Shown piece after piece: positions 11,580-24,336 of a stretch of DNA of 64,000 bases (the stretch's first letter is position 1; each line of letters begins with the position of its first letter). The DNA lies in NCBI GenBank assembly GCA_951406725.2, contig OX597832.1:44702001-44766000 (forward strand). The letters are read 5' to 3'. The notes below the pieces were generated by a model that made no database searches, had not been told where the DNA came from, and worked only from the letters and a program-made list of their open reading frames with translations. This DNA is from Octopus vulgaris. Its lineage: Eukaryota. Position numbers and translations under genes: made by a program.

Positions 11580-12919
11580 TTAATTAATTAATGTCACATA
11601 GCTAACCCAGTACTTTTCCTGTTTAGGTGCCTTTTCAACTCACCTGTACATAGCCTTTCTTATTAAGTTAACATTTTGAACCTTACAGCTCATATTCATT
11701 CTGGTTTTCTCTAGCAGTAGAAGATTTGTTGCATTCACTCCTCATATTTCACTTTCAAATAAATGTACAGTTCTAACACATTCCTCAACAGAAGCTGACA
11801 TTCATATAAAAAGAGAAAAGTCAATAAAACACAAGTAAATATTACTTTAATGCTCTACTTCAGCTCTTGTCATTATAATTTCAATAGCTCTGCTACATCC
11901 GGCACTACTTATGTCACCTAGGTAACGGAACTTCCATTTTAAGTGAGATAGTTGTGAAGTGTACCGGCTTTAGTTTAAGTGTGGCCTAACTTGACAGTTA
12001 CATTAGGCCACACTTCATCCTCAATGAAGTTGAGAAAAAATTTTTAATCAATTAAAATTATACCCGTAATTAGAAGAAAAGCCATTAATAAAGAAAATTC
12101 ATCACAAATGAGACAAGGGAGAAAACTCTGAAACTGAGATTTTAACCGACCAAAAAGCACCTTTTATAACCATGGTTACCACTAACATTATTGCCTTTAA
12201 TAACTGGCCATGTCTTTAATAAAATGATCAGTGGTATTTATTCTGGTTCCTGCATTCTGGGTTCAAATCCTATTGGGACCAATTTTGTCTTGCATCTTTC
12301 TGGGGGTCAATAAATAAAATATTAGTCTAGAGTGATGTGGAGGTGCATGACTTAGTGGACAGGGTGTTGGACTCTTGATCGTAAGATTGTGGTTCCATTT
12401 CTTGGACCAGGCAATGTGTTGTATTCTTGAGCAATATATATTCATTTCATGTTGCACCAGTCCACTCAGATGGCTAAAATGAGTAATCCTGTGAAGGACT
12501 GATGTCCAGTCCAAGGAGGAACGTATATGACAGCAAAACTGGGAAACCCGTCCTATTATCCTTAACCGAGTAATGTAGACTAACCATTTTAGAGTGGTGG
12601 ACTGAAATAAACATTCCCAGTGTGTGTGAATGTTTATTTCCGCAGGTCTTTGCATTATACTTGCTTGAGTAAGTGACATTATGTTAACAAATCCTGTGAA
12701 CAAATTTTGTAGCTTAATGGTTTCAACATGAAAAAGGCCAGTGGAATAAAAATGCCTTACCTGAGAAACAGGTGAAGGTTGTGAAAAGAGCTTTCAGTTA
12801 TATATAGATTACTGCCTTTATAACGCTAGTCTGAATCATGCCAGCATGGAATACATAAAAACAACGATGACAACAATGTCACACACTATGTTTTAATTAA
12901 TAAATGTCTTTTTACATAC

Positions 12920-12995
12920 CGCTACTCTTCTACAGCTTAATGTAATTGTAATAGGTTAACTTACCTGCAAAAAGAAAAAAAAGAAAGTACATTAG
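12920..12995 (-). promoter_or_regulatory. Candidate recursive splice site (ratchet point) with 45-nt cryptic RS-exon
   Basis: Minus strand: CTAAT branch-like motif, a long T/C tract, then GCAG|GTAAGT (junction 12965/12964); second donor GCG|GTATGT 45 nt downstream (12920/12919). Confidence 0.6.
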
Positions 12996-13172
12996 ATAAA
13001 TAATAAAATGGTTAAAAAGATAAAACAAACAAAAAAAATTTAAATAGGGGGAAAAAAATCTCATGGCAATGTGGTTAAGAAATTGGCTTTATAATCTCCC
13101 AGTTTTGGGTTCAGTCCCATTACACAGCACCTATTATAGCCAAGTATCAACCAATGTAATAAATGTAAGGCT

Positions 13173-13394
13173 TTATCCCTTTCGTTACCAACCTGGCTGA
13201 AACTGGCTCCGAGTACAAATGTCTTGTTTTCATAAGTCTTGAATTAAAATCTTCCACCAAACCTTAGTCATAATTTATGTTCCTAACGCTAGCTGAATGA
13301 TTACTAAGTTATTTTATTAAATTTTTTGTTATATTTAAAGTAATTGAAAGAAACACAAAGCATCTCAAAATAAAAACAGCAACGAAAGGGTTAA
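13173..13394 (+). mobile_element. piggyBac-type MITE family P2
   Basis: TIRs ccctttcgtt...aacgaaaggg with ttat/ttaa flanks. Confidence 0.85.
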
Positions 13395-14744
13395 CAAATA
13401 AAAAATTCAAGAAATGATTCCTTGAACCATAACTAATGTGTTGGTTATCTCATGACAAGTATTACTTTGTCCAGAGATAACAGCATTTTTATTTTACTAA
13501 TCTTGAGAATGGAAAGTGGAGAGATGTGCCAACTTTCGAAAGTTTTACAAAGGCAACGTTAGATATATGTTTACAATGGAAATCTTTGTGTGCTTGTGAG
13601 ATTAGTTTGGATCAGCTAACTTGCTCCAGGATGGTTTTGAGATAAGAATAAGTGGTGCTGGTAGTTAAAGTCGAACATTAATGCCCTCATATATGTAAAA
13701 TGAAAATATGTAAAATTTGGAGCTACGAAAGAATTTCCTTAAAATCTGTCATACAAGAAAACCTTTCAGTCAAATTACTGTCATTGGCAGAATCCCATTT
13801 CCAAAGACTGGGTATTTAGATCTGCTTGCATTACATTACTGGCAATAATATCCGTAAATAGTTCTTGGAGCATTCATTTTACTCCAATAAAGTAGTACAT
13901 ATAAAAAAAAAGAAAATAATATTTTTTTTTCCAGCTAGCCGAAGACATCGTATGTGAAAGATGTCAACAATCTAAATTAGATGGTCTATCAAAAACAGAT
14001 GACAAAAGATAAAGAGATGAGATTGAAGCAAATATAAAATTAGGTTGTGAATAATATTGGCAAGAGACAAAGATAAGGAAAGCTTGTTTAAAACATAACT
14101 AGAATGAGATTAGAAATGAGAGAATAAGACAAAATTGAAATGAGACAGTGATTGCCTGAAATCATAAAACAAATTGATTATAGGGCAAAAATAAAAATGA
14201 GAATAGGTTAAAATTAACTCTGTTGGCACTAAGTGTGATTATATTAACTAGGTTTTATACACCTGAGCTCTACCTCAGAACACATAAAAATGTAATTGTC
14301 TCACATGAAAAAGAGGCTGAAAACTACAGAACTGAAACAATAACTATGTGGAACGGACAATCTGTGAATCATCATCATCATCGTTTAATGTTTGTGTTCA
14401 ATGCTGGTAATGAGTTGGATGGTTCAACACAATCCATCTAAAATTGAGGGTTGTGTTGGTCTCCATTGTATGCTTTTGCGAGGTTTCAACAGTTGGATGC
14501 CCTTCCTGATGCCAACCACTTTACAAAGTGTACTGTGTGCTTTTTACGGTGCCACTGACACTTCAGAGAGTCACTGAGTGCTTTTCTTGTGGCACCAGCA
14601 CTGGTGGGGTCACCAGGTCAACTGACTGAGAACCATGTCTCCTTGTGTGAGACATGATTATCACTTAACTTGAAAGAAACTTTGAATAATATTGTCTGAA
14701 CAGTAGGAGACTTCTGTGTTCAGATACGCATGTATATAACCTTC

Positions 14745-15011
14745 ATGTTTGATCACAGAGAGTGCTATTTTAGATGTTTGAGTATTTTACCTAATTTTTC
14801 AACCATGAAGTTGCATCTTCAACTGTATTTGAGTCCTCCTTTCGATACATTTGACTCAATTCCAACTGATCTTTAGAAATTTCAAAAATTATCTGTAAAC
14901 TACGCTGCTGTCTTTTCTCCCTGGAAGAGAGTGAGTGTGGTGAACTTCATGGTTGAAAAATTAGGTAAAAATACTCAAACATCTAAAATAGCACTCTCTG
15001 TGATCAAACAT
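14745..15011. repeat. Inverted repeat, about 68-bp arms and 130-bp spacer
   Basis: 14745-14812 is the reverse complement of 14943-15011 with one indel. Confidence 0.9.
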
Positions 15012-15384
15012 CTATCTGTAAACATTCTACTTTAGTACTGATATCCTATCTTTATTCGGATTAACTGATATATTTTTTAGTTTGATCAGATCTTATCTTA
15101 GGGTTTACCAATTCCAGCTATATCAGAAATTTGGTTGTAAACAAGGAATATGGCCAGAGTTAATTAAGGTGCAGATGAAACACAGATGACAATGAGATAA
15201 AGAGAAGACATTGCTAATATAAAATTAACTCTTAACCCTTTCGTTACCACATTTATTTTGAGATGCTTTGTGTTTCTTTCAATTACTTTAAATATAACAA
15301 AGAATTTAGTAAAATAACTTAGTTAATCCTTACATTTATTACATTATTTGATACTTGGCTATAGTAGAAGATAGTTGTTGTTTA

Positions 15385-15840
15385 GTCCTGGGTTGTCCTT
15401 GATTGAGCATAACTATGATCAAAGACATTCCAACCATGACTATCATGATCTTTGGTATGTAAGGGACTATATTGTTCAAAGGTTTTTTTCCTTATTCCAT
15501 ACAGAAGGATATAATTTGATTGTTATTTCTAGCATGTCCTGGGTTGTCCTTGATTGAGCAGAACTATGATCAAAGACATTCCAACCATGACTACCATGAT
15601 CTTTGGTATGTAAGGGACTATATTGTTCAAAGTTTTTTTTCCTTATTCAAGAAAGAATGATATAACTTGGTTGCTATTTCTAGCATGTCCTGGGTTGTCC
15701 TTGATTGAGCAGAACTATGATCAAAGGCATTCCAACCGTGACTATCATGATCTATTTAGTAAATCAGCGACAATATTATTCAAAGTTTCTTTCCTTATTC
15801 AAGACAGTAGAATACAATTTAGTTGCTATTTCTAGCATGT
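15385..15840. repeat. Tandem triplication of an about 151-bp unit
   Basis: gtcctgggttgtccttgattgagca...atttctagcat starts at about 15385, 15536 and 15687. Confidence 0.9.
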
Positions 15841-16374
15841 CAATAAATCACTTATCCTTTGGTACCTATTTATAGCCAGATGGACTGAGCTAACCGAGAG
15901 CATAGAAACAGATGACCTTTCAGCTGACAGTCTAGTTTGTCATCCTATCAACTTGACCAGCTATGACTCAAGTTACAGACATTAATACTCATTATCCAGT
16001 TAGACTTTGCCATGACTTGATAAATTTATAAAAATACAGCAGGTGAGAAATAAAACAATATCAATTTTGAAAGAAAACATCTTAAAATCTACGCATAAAA
16101 AAGAAATCCTCAAACGTGTGTACAAGTGTATGTCTGTGCATATTTCGGTTATATACCATGCGTATCTGAACACAGAAGTCTCCTACTGTTCAGAGAATAT
16201 TAGTTCTTGTAAGCAAAAGAGTAGGATATGTTTTTAATTTGCTTATTTTTCAAAAGTTAACAAAGCCTGTTTGACTTTAAAAAAAATATGAAACAAAAAA
16301 AAAAAAAAATCCCCCACCAAACATAAAACTTCTAAAGAGAGACACAAACAATAGTTGATGCAGAAGAGAGTCAA

Positions 16375-16412
<38 letters not shown>

Positions 16413-16694
16413 AGCAGACGTTGCAAAACAATACATTATAAAAAAAAAACCCAAAAGAAAACCTCTCTTTCTCTAGACAAAGTGATAAATAAATAAATTT
16501 TGTTCAGATATCAAAACAAAGCCCCGATCACATACAATAACCTAATTAATATTTTGTCAAGAAATTACTTTTAAAAAGATTATCTTAAACAATGAATTAA
16601 ACATACGAGGCTTTTCTGAACAGTATCAAGGAAAAACAAGAAGAAAAGAAAGAAAGTTTCTTCATCAATCATAGTCTGATAATGCCATAATAAA

Positions 16695-16742
<48 letters not shown>

Positions 16743-18386
16743 TGTGTGTGTGCGTGTGCATTTGTTTTATGTTCTCATCCAAGACATATTTTGAAATGTG
16801 TGTTGCGACTTTAAGCTAGGACATGCATCATTCTTGTTTATAATTAATGGTTATTACTAACAATAATTTAATTGATTCTAAGGAATATCAGAGACAAAAG
16901 CTGAGTACCAAAACACAAACTCTAAAAAAAAAAAATTAAAAAAATAGCAGCCAAATTTCCTTCAAATCATACCATACCAAACTTTAAAAAAGGAAAATGG
17001 AAGGACGCATTAGATATTGTGGTCCTAGATATGCGAAAGAAAAAAACGGGGTGAGGATGTTCCCAGTTGGAATATTTCTGATAGTAGGTTTGCTTGATCA
17101 GGGTTGACTCAGGGCTCAATGATAATAATGGCATCACTTACACATTTTACATCAGTTTTTCTATGCTGGCATAAGGTGGACAGTTACTTATCAGAGATAG
17201 TACTTTTAAGGCTTGAAGCTCTTCTTATCACCAACCCTTGCTTGTTTTACATGCAAAGGACTTTAAATCCTACTAATCCAAGAGTACAAAGCTGTGTTCA
17301 CATTTCTGGTGAACACCATGTTCACCAGAAATGTAACCACAGTGACAACGTTTATTTTTTCATTCCTCAGATCTCATGCAAGAAACAAAAGTGATAACTT
17401 TCACACACCGAATACACAGACTTACACACATCATCATTATGACCATTGTTTTACAGTTGCTTTTAAACAGGCCTGAGTTGGATGATTGTCACTGTGCTTT
17501 GAGATGAGCTGGATGGTACCTCTCATGTCAATCCCTTGACAGAGTGTACTAGGTATATTCACCATGGCATGGAAACATTACAGAGGTTGTCATGTCTGTG
17601 ACAAGACTAAAAGGACTTCTCAACTCCGCACTCAATAGAATGTATTAGGTGTTTGTGAGTTTAACAGGCTTTCAAGCAGTTTTCGTCTCCTATTTTCAAT
17701 CACACGGGTCAACCTGAAGCAAGAGTAGAAGATAACTAACACAAGGTGCTAAGCAATGGGACTGAATATAAGAGTATGTAATTGTGAAGTGAACTTCTAA
17801 ACTGCATGGCAATGTCTGACTATGTTTAAAAATTTATAGCTTCAAAACAGGTAGCGACCAGGGCAATTAGTAAGAGAACATGAAAAATCTAAATTCAAAA
17901 CAAAGACGAAAAAAAATGTGGAGGTGTAAATTTTCTAAAAAGATGTTTATCTCAGCATAGCCACAGCCATATGATTGAAACTTATAAAAAACGTGGATAA
18001 AATAGCCCCAGTTCATAGACTCATCATATAAGATGTATAAAACTGATGTAACTTTACAGACCCATAAGTTTTCTCAATAGCAAGAACAACAAATTAGCAT
18101 ACAGATCTAGAAAACAAATAGATAATACTGGTGAGAAGATGGAACAAAAATCATGGTTAAGAGAAACCATTCTTCTTTTATCTGCCTGTTTTTATCATTG
18201 TGGGTGGAAATCAAAACCAAAAGAAAACGTAAAAAAAAAACACCCTCACCCTGCCAAATGGTATCTTTATTGATTATTTCTCAACACTCAGAAGTCTACA
18301 AATTAAATATAATGATAATAATCTATAATTATTATAATATGCGTAGTAAATAACAGTATGCTAGATGAGTTATTAAGGGTTTACTT

Positions 18387-18804
18387 GCAGGAGTGGCTGT
18401 GTGGTAAGTAGCTTGCTTACCAACCACATGGTTTCGGGTTCAGTCCCACTGTGTGGCATCTTGGGCAGGTGTCTTCTGCTATAGCCTCGGGCCAACCAAA
18501 GCCTTGTGAGTGGATTTGGTCGACGGAAAATCAAAGAAGCCCGTCGTATATATATATATATGTATATATATATATGTATATATGTGTGTGTATGTTTGTG
18601 TGTCTGTGTTTGTCCCCCTAGCATTGCTTGACAACCGATGCTGGTGGGTTTACGTCCCCGTCACTTAGCGGTTCGGCAAAAGAGACCGATAGAATAAGTA
18701 CTGGGCTTACAAAGAATAAGTCCCGGGGTCGATTTGCTCGACTGAAGGCGGTGCTCCAGCATGGCCGCAGTCAAATGACTGAAACAAGTAAAAGAGTAAA
18801 AGAG
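18387..18804 (+). mobile_element. SINE family A, full length
   Basis: gcaggagtggctgtgtggtaag head, internal (AT)/(GT) microsatellite, gtaaaagagtaaaagag tail. Confidence 0.92.
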
Positions 18805-19399
18805 ATGGCTTAGTTAGGTGGGCAAAGTAATGCGAAGTAATTTATATTGATCAAGTGTTTGCAGAAATTATTCCGATAGTTGGAGATATCCAGAAAGGTT
18901 TTGATCATATATTATGGAAAGCATCAAATTATTGGATGCGAGAGAGCACAGAGCTTCCAAGCAATATATCATCTAACACAAAACGGAAATTCTTCAGGAA
19001 GTAATTTCAGTATATTATATTGAACCCTGCAGTTTGGTAAGTTGGTGGAAAGCCAAATACTAAATACATTTCTTTTACGAGTGAGGAATAATATTGGTCA
19101 TGACATGATGTGGTGCTGGAGAGAAAAATCATATTTATCATAATGGTTAAGTAGAATAAACATTAGTTTAGGAACTAAAGTGAAATAAGAGGGATCAAAC
19201 TCGGTGGGGGACAGTTTATTTCATTATCAGCTGAAACAACATGAAATGCACCTTGCTGTAAGCCATCAGCTAAGTTAAAACCTATTACAAGGTTTTCTAA
19301 GTGCTTAGTAGATCCTATAATCAGATAAAATACAATAGAAAAAAAATTTTACAAATAATAAACACTTTGATATATGTGAATGTATTTATATATCATCAT

Positions 19400-19745
19400 C
19401 ATTGGAATTTGTAGCTGTGATACCAGTGCCGGTGGCACGTAAGAAAACCATCCGAACGTGGCCGTAGCCAGCACCGCCCTGACTGGCTTCCGTGCCGGTG
19501 GCATGTAAAAAGCACCATCCGATCGTGGCCGTTTGCCAGCCTTGTCTGGCACATGTGTCGGTGGCACGTAAAAAGCACCCACTACACTCACGGAGTGGTT
19601 GGCGTTAGGAAGGGCATCCAGCCATAGAAACACTGCCAGATCAGACTGGGTCTGGTGCAGCCTTCTGGCTTCCCAGACCCCAGTTGAACCGTCCAACCCA
19701 TGCTAGTATGGAAAGCGGATGTTAAACGTTGATGATGATGATGAT
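19400..19745 (+). mobile_element. SINE-like family C with internal tandem units
   Basis: Repeated gtgccggtggcacgtaaaaagcacc units, then gagtggttggcgttaggaagggcatcc and a (GAT)n tail. Confidence 0.9.
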
Positions 19746-20840
19746 CATTGTTTTAATGTCTACTTTTCCATGCTTGCATGGATTGGACAGAGTTTGCAGT
19801 GGCAGATTTTCTAGGGTTGGATGCCCCCTTCTTGTTACCAACCCTCACCTAGCAAGGTAATATTTCCAAATTTGTCCAGTTTTTCTAAGTTTTTCCTAGT
19901 TTTCAAACTGGAAATTAATCATGTGAAGCCAAGATAAGGAAACTTTTGTCTACTAAAGGAAGCTTTTGTCTACTAAATCTACTCACAAGACACTTGTCCA
20001 AGATACCATACAACAGGATTGAACCAATGACCATGTGGTCAGGAAGCAAACTTCTTAACCACACGGCTGTGCTTTCATGTAAATCCCTAACGGTCACTTT
20101 CTAGCAAAGATGACTTGTTAGCATGTACAATGGTTTTAGTATGTAGCTGTTATGAAAGACAGACATCCTCTTGGCTCTCCTACCCTTGACTTGATGAAAC
20201 ATCAATGAAGTGACATGACAGGTGAAGGGAGAGAGGGTTGCACCAGTACTTGGCTGGTGCTCATTTCCAGCGGAGTAGACTGGAGTAACACGAAATGAAG
20301 TAATTATTGGCATATTCCTAAATGGATGATGACAATTTGAACTTCAAACCACAAAGGCTAAACATAAACTGAATTTATTTGTTTCATTCAATTTACCACT
20401 GCTTTTCAATGTTTGTACAGGTTGGACTGAAATTTATTTGAGACAGTATTTTCATGGCAGGATGCTGTTCCTGTTTTCAAAACAAGTGGTATTTTTTTTA
20501 TCCCCAAGATCTTTGAAAGCACAGAGTAACCAGTCATAATGTCGACGTTTATGTCCATTCACATGTGTGTGCACACACGGGCACACACACACAAGTATTT
20601 CCTGCTGTTTCCTTCTACTAAGTTCACTCATAAGGCATTGTCTGAGCTGGGTTTATTTTAGAAGACACCAAAAGTGCTGCTTAATGAGACTGCATTTGAA
20701 ATCCCGAGGTTGTTATGAGAACATTTTAACCACACAACCATGCATTCACTGTAAATTTGAACTGCATGCATTTTTTTCTTGTCTCACTTTTTCTTCTTAA
20801 TTTCTTTCCCTTCTCAGCCCAGTCTCTCATGCATTTTCCT

Positions 20841-20890
20841 CTAGTGTCTGATGAAGGAGGATGCTTGAAAAGTTATAACTTATACCCTAT
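20841..20890 (+). ncRNA. Degenerate minimal hammerhead-like motif (Penelope-type relic)
   Basis: CTGATGA-AGG/aggatg/CTT-GAAA-AGTTATAACT(palindrome)-TA; stem I imperfect. Confidence 0.35.
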
Positions 20891-21029
20891 AACTTTTATT
20901 CTTTCCTTCCATTAACCCAATAGCATTAACTGTGAGTGTCTCTTGTACTTACGTCTTTGTTATTTGTATTTGCTTTGCTATATATCGGTTCCTCCTATTC
21001 AGTTTTAGGCAACAAAGAATAATCAGGTG

Positions 21030-21121
21030 ATTTGCATGAACACCCTCCCTGTACATAACTCCATGTCCCCCTACATGGCCTTGCTTTTTTGCTTTTTGAG
21101 CCAAAAAAATTAACTTAACTA
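21030..21121 (+). mobile_element. LINE-like 3' tail fragment with (TTAAC)n end; also at 53781-53880 and 57264-57316
   Basis: catggccttgctttttgctttttgagccaaaaaattaacttaact occurs three times. Confidence 0.7.
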
Positions 21122-23460
21122 AAAGCTGTATGCCACTGTACAAAACTAGTGATGAGAACATACACACAAATATACAACTGAAAGCGAAACGAGAAGTTGA
21201 TATGTACTTTTACATATGGTTTTTAGCAACAAACAAATGAAACCATTTCAGCTGGGGTTTGAAATGGTTTCTGGAATTTGTTGTATAGATAGCCTATTGC
21301 TTCGGCGCAAACATTATGATGATTGTACTGATATTAACAGCTTATATATTAATAGCTATCTCTCATCCCCTATTGCAACTTACACAGCAGGACATTTCCA
21401 TCACCAACTATTGATTGGAAATCATGGTAATTTCAGCACCTTCTGACATTATCATTTCCTCTGGTGGTACTCAGTAATATCAATGCTACTTTGGAATGTC
21501 TGGGTTTTAAGATACAAACACCAAATACCAAGCAAAAATAGAAATATGCAATTCTAAATTTTGGGGATGTATTAGCATTAACATTATGACAAATGTCTGG
21601 TCTATTTACATCTTTCTCTGTGTATTTTTCGACTGCATTTTGATTGATGGGATAGTGAGTCTTTTTTCAATCCTTCAGCTCAAAATACCATCATATGATG
21701 TTATACAATCGATGTAACTCTATATAACTCGTTACCAGCAGGAACTGCAAATTAACAAACAACTCAAGAAAACAAGAGATCAAACGAGTGGGAGGAGACA
21801 GTCGCATCATCATTATCACCACTGTCATCATTTTAATGCTGACTTTTCCATACTTGCTTAAGCTCATTGAAACAGAATCTTCTTGGGCTGGATTTCCTTC
21901 CTGATGTCAACCCTCAAAGCCAAATAATTATTCTTTCATATGCCTTCATGGAGGATTGTAAACAAATAACGTTGTTTGTCTAATCAGTGGTATTATTGTT
22001 TACAATCACCACATGTCACACTACATGAGGAGCGCATACTCAGTTACACCCACCCACGAGATGACAAAGGACTGAGATATCTAGTACCTTACTGTACTCA
22101 AGAAGACCCGTCTGTCACAGCAGAGCTGATACTGAGTGCTGGTGCCACGTCAAAAACATGTTGGTGCCACATAAAAAGCACTCATGCTGGTGCCATGTTA
22201 AAAACAGGTTGCTGCCACATAAAAAGCACTCAGTACACTCTTTGGAGTGGTTAGCATTGGGAAAGGCATCCAACTGTAGAAACAATGCCAGAACAGACAA
22301 CGGAGCCTGGTATGATCCTTAGTCTTACCAGCTTCAGTCAAACTACTCAACCCATACCAGCATGGAAAACGGACATATGATGATGATGATGATGGGCTTC
22401 TTCCAGTTTCTATATAACAAATTTCACAAGGCATTGGTTAATTCTCACTAATAGTTGAGGATACCAGCTGACAGTGTGCATGCAGTGAAACTGAAACCCT
22501 AACCTTGAGGTTCTGAAGTAAAATTTTTTAACCACACAGCCATCTCTGCACCAATGTATAACAGAACTCATGAGCAAGAAAAACTTTTCCCCTTTTATCT
22601 GCCTACTTACTGTGCGCAAACATGCATACACACGCACACAACTTCATTGATAATTTCAAGACACCCATAAAAATTTACATATTAACGATGTAGAAAACAG
22701 TAACACAAAAGGCAAGGTTAATTAATAGACCAAAAATCTGAAATTAATCTCTAATATTTTATTGGAACATTTTAATGGCAAATTTCAAAAAAAAAAAAAA
22801 AAAAAACTTTCTCTTTTTGTTTTTCTTTCTTTTTACCCTTATATTTCTTTCTTTCTTTCTTTCTCCTACACACATTCATTTATCAGAAAGTGGTTTACAA
22901 TGTTCAGAAACAGACTAATGAAATGAATCATCTATTTTTTATAACCGAAAGAGATCTAAAATTTAAAACCATTTACATATAAACATTTTTAAAAGGTTGA
23001 TGTCATATATTTTGTAGAAACTAAATTGCTGATAAATAGACTTCATTAAAAGAGGTATTTTATTATCATATCAACAAAAATTAAAACCAGTAACTCAAAA
23101 TTCATTAAATTGTTGCCACACCACTAAAAAAATCTTGAAGGAATACACCAGAAAATATTTCCAAAACTATCTCTAACGTCTACCAGAAGTTCTGAAATCT
23201 GCCATAATGAGTTAAGTGCCCGAGACAAATTGTGAAAGCACATGGCCTAGTGGTTAGGTTGTTGCACTCGTGATTGTAAGATCATGGTTTCAATTCTCAG
23301 ACTGAGCAACGCTTTGTGTTCTTGAACAAAACACTTCATTTCATGTTGCTCAAAGCCCAATCAGCATTAAATAAATTCTAGCAATAGATGGGAAATTAAA
23401 ACTGTAATGGGCCAGCAACCAGTTTACGAGTGAGTGTTGTAATCTCAGTCACCTATACAT

Positions 23461-23791
23461 GTGGTGGGGACGCTGGCAACGGGTAGTGTCAGAGCTATGC
23501 CGTCGGGAACTTTGGTTCCTGGTAGGGCCACAACCTGGCAGACGGGGATCTGGTGAAAATCCTTGGAGTGTCTGTTTCGGCAACCGGCAGCTCCTCAGTC
23601 GTTCTGTCCCTGCGTCTGTGGACAATCTGTGGCAAACAGGATGTCTCTACATGTGGGATTGTTGGGGACCGCTTGTGAAATTCATATTCCCATGAAACTT
23701 CTTCCACTACCATGGTTCGAGATGCCTCGAGGGTGGTGGAAGAAGCCGACTCAACTCGCCCAGGGTGAATGTCCACACAAGTACAAGTAAG
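23461..23791 (+). mobile_element. Short GC-rich RTE-related non-autonomous retroelement nested in an old family D SINE
   Basis: 5-bp TSD tacat (23456-23460, 23792-23796); caagtacaagtaagta tail; 5' gagctatgccgtcgg...cctggtagggccac resembles RTE 5'UTRs from memory. Confidence 0.55.
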
Positions 23792-24336
23792 TACATAGAA
23801 ACTAGGCTAAGCTTCAACCTTATGAGTCCTGCGGCTCATGACAGACCTAAGCCTGATACAAGATACAGAAAGAGCTTGGAAGTGGTGACGGAGTACAAAC
23901 TGTTGACCTCACTACGGTTGGTAGGTCGGGACTGATGCCACCTCAGATCAGAGACCAGCAACTTTCTATCTAATGTTATTACATATGGGCAGCATAACTC
24001 TAAGAACCACAAAGAAATTGCCATCAGAATTAGTGGAATATTGGACAAAATAACTGATGTCATTTGGCTAAACCCTTTGATCTTCTGAGTACAAATCTTG
24101 CTTAAACTCACTTTACCGTTTTCTTTCCTGAGATTGATAAAATGACTACCAGGCAAAGTACTGCAAAGAGGTGTCAATACAATCAACTAAGCCATTGGAG
24201 GCTGTGCTGCTGCATGACCAATTACAGAAACCAACAAGTTTACCAACAAAATATAAAAGACTTTTCAATGTGTACGATGATATAGTGAAGATGATTACAC
24301 TGGAATTGCTGATGATGTTTAATAATGTTGATATTA

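Noticed and set aside
11632-11670. Minus-strand CAG|GTGAGT as a ratchet point (also 12757 and 38521)
   Set aside because: No upstream polypyrimidine tract; the 12757 site lies in a SINE remnant.
18810-19250. Possible old LINE RT remnant (DIQKGFDHI resembles DLEKAFD)
   Set aside because: Only one short motif; too degenerate to call.
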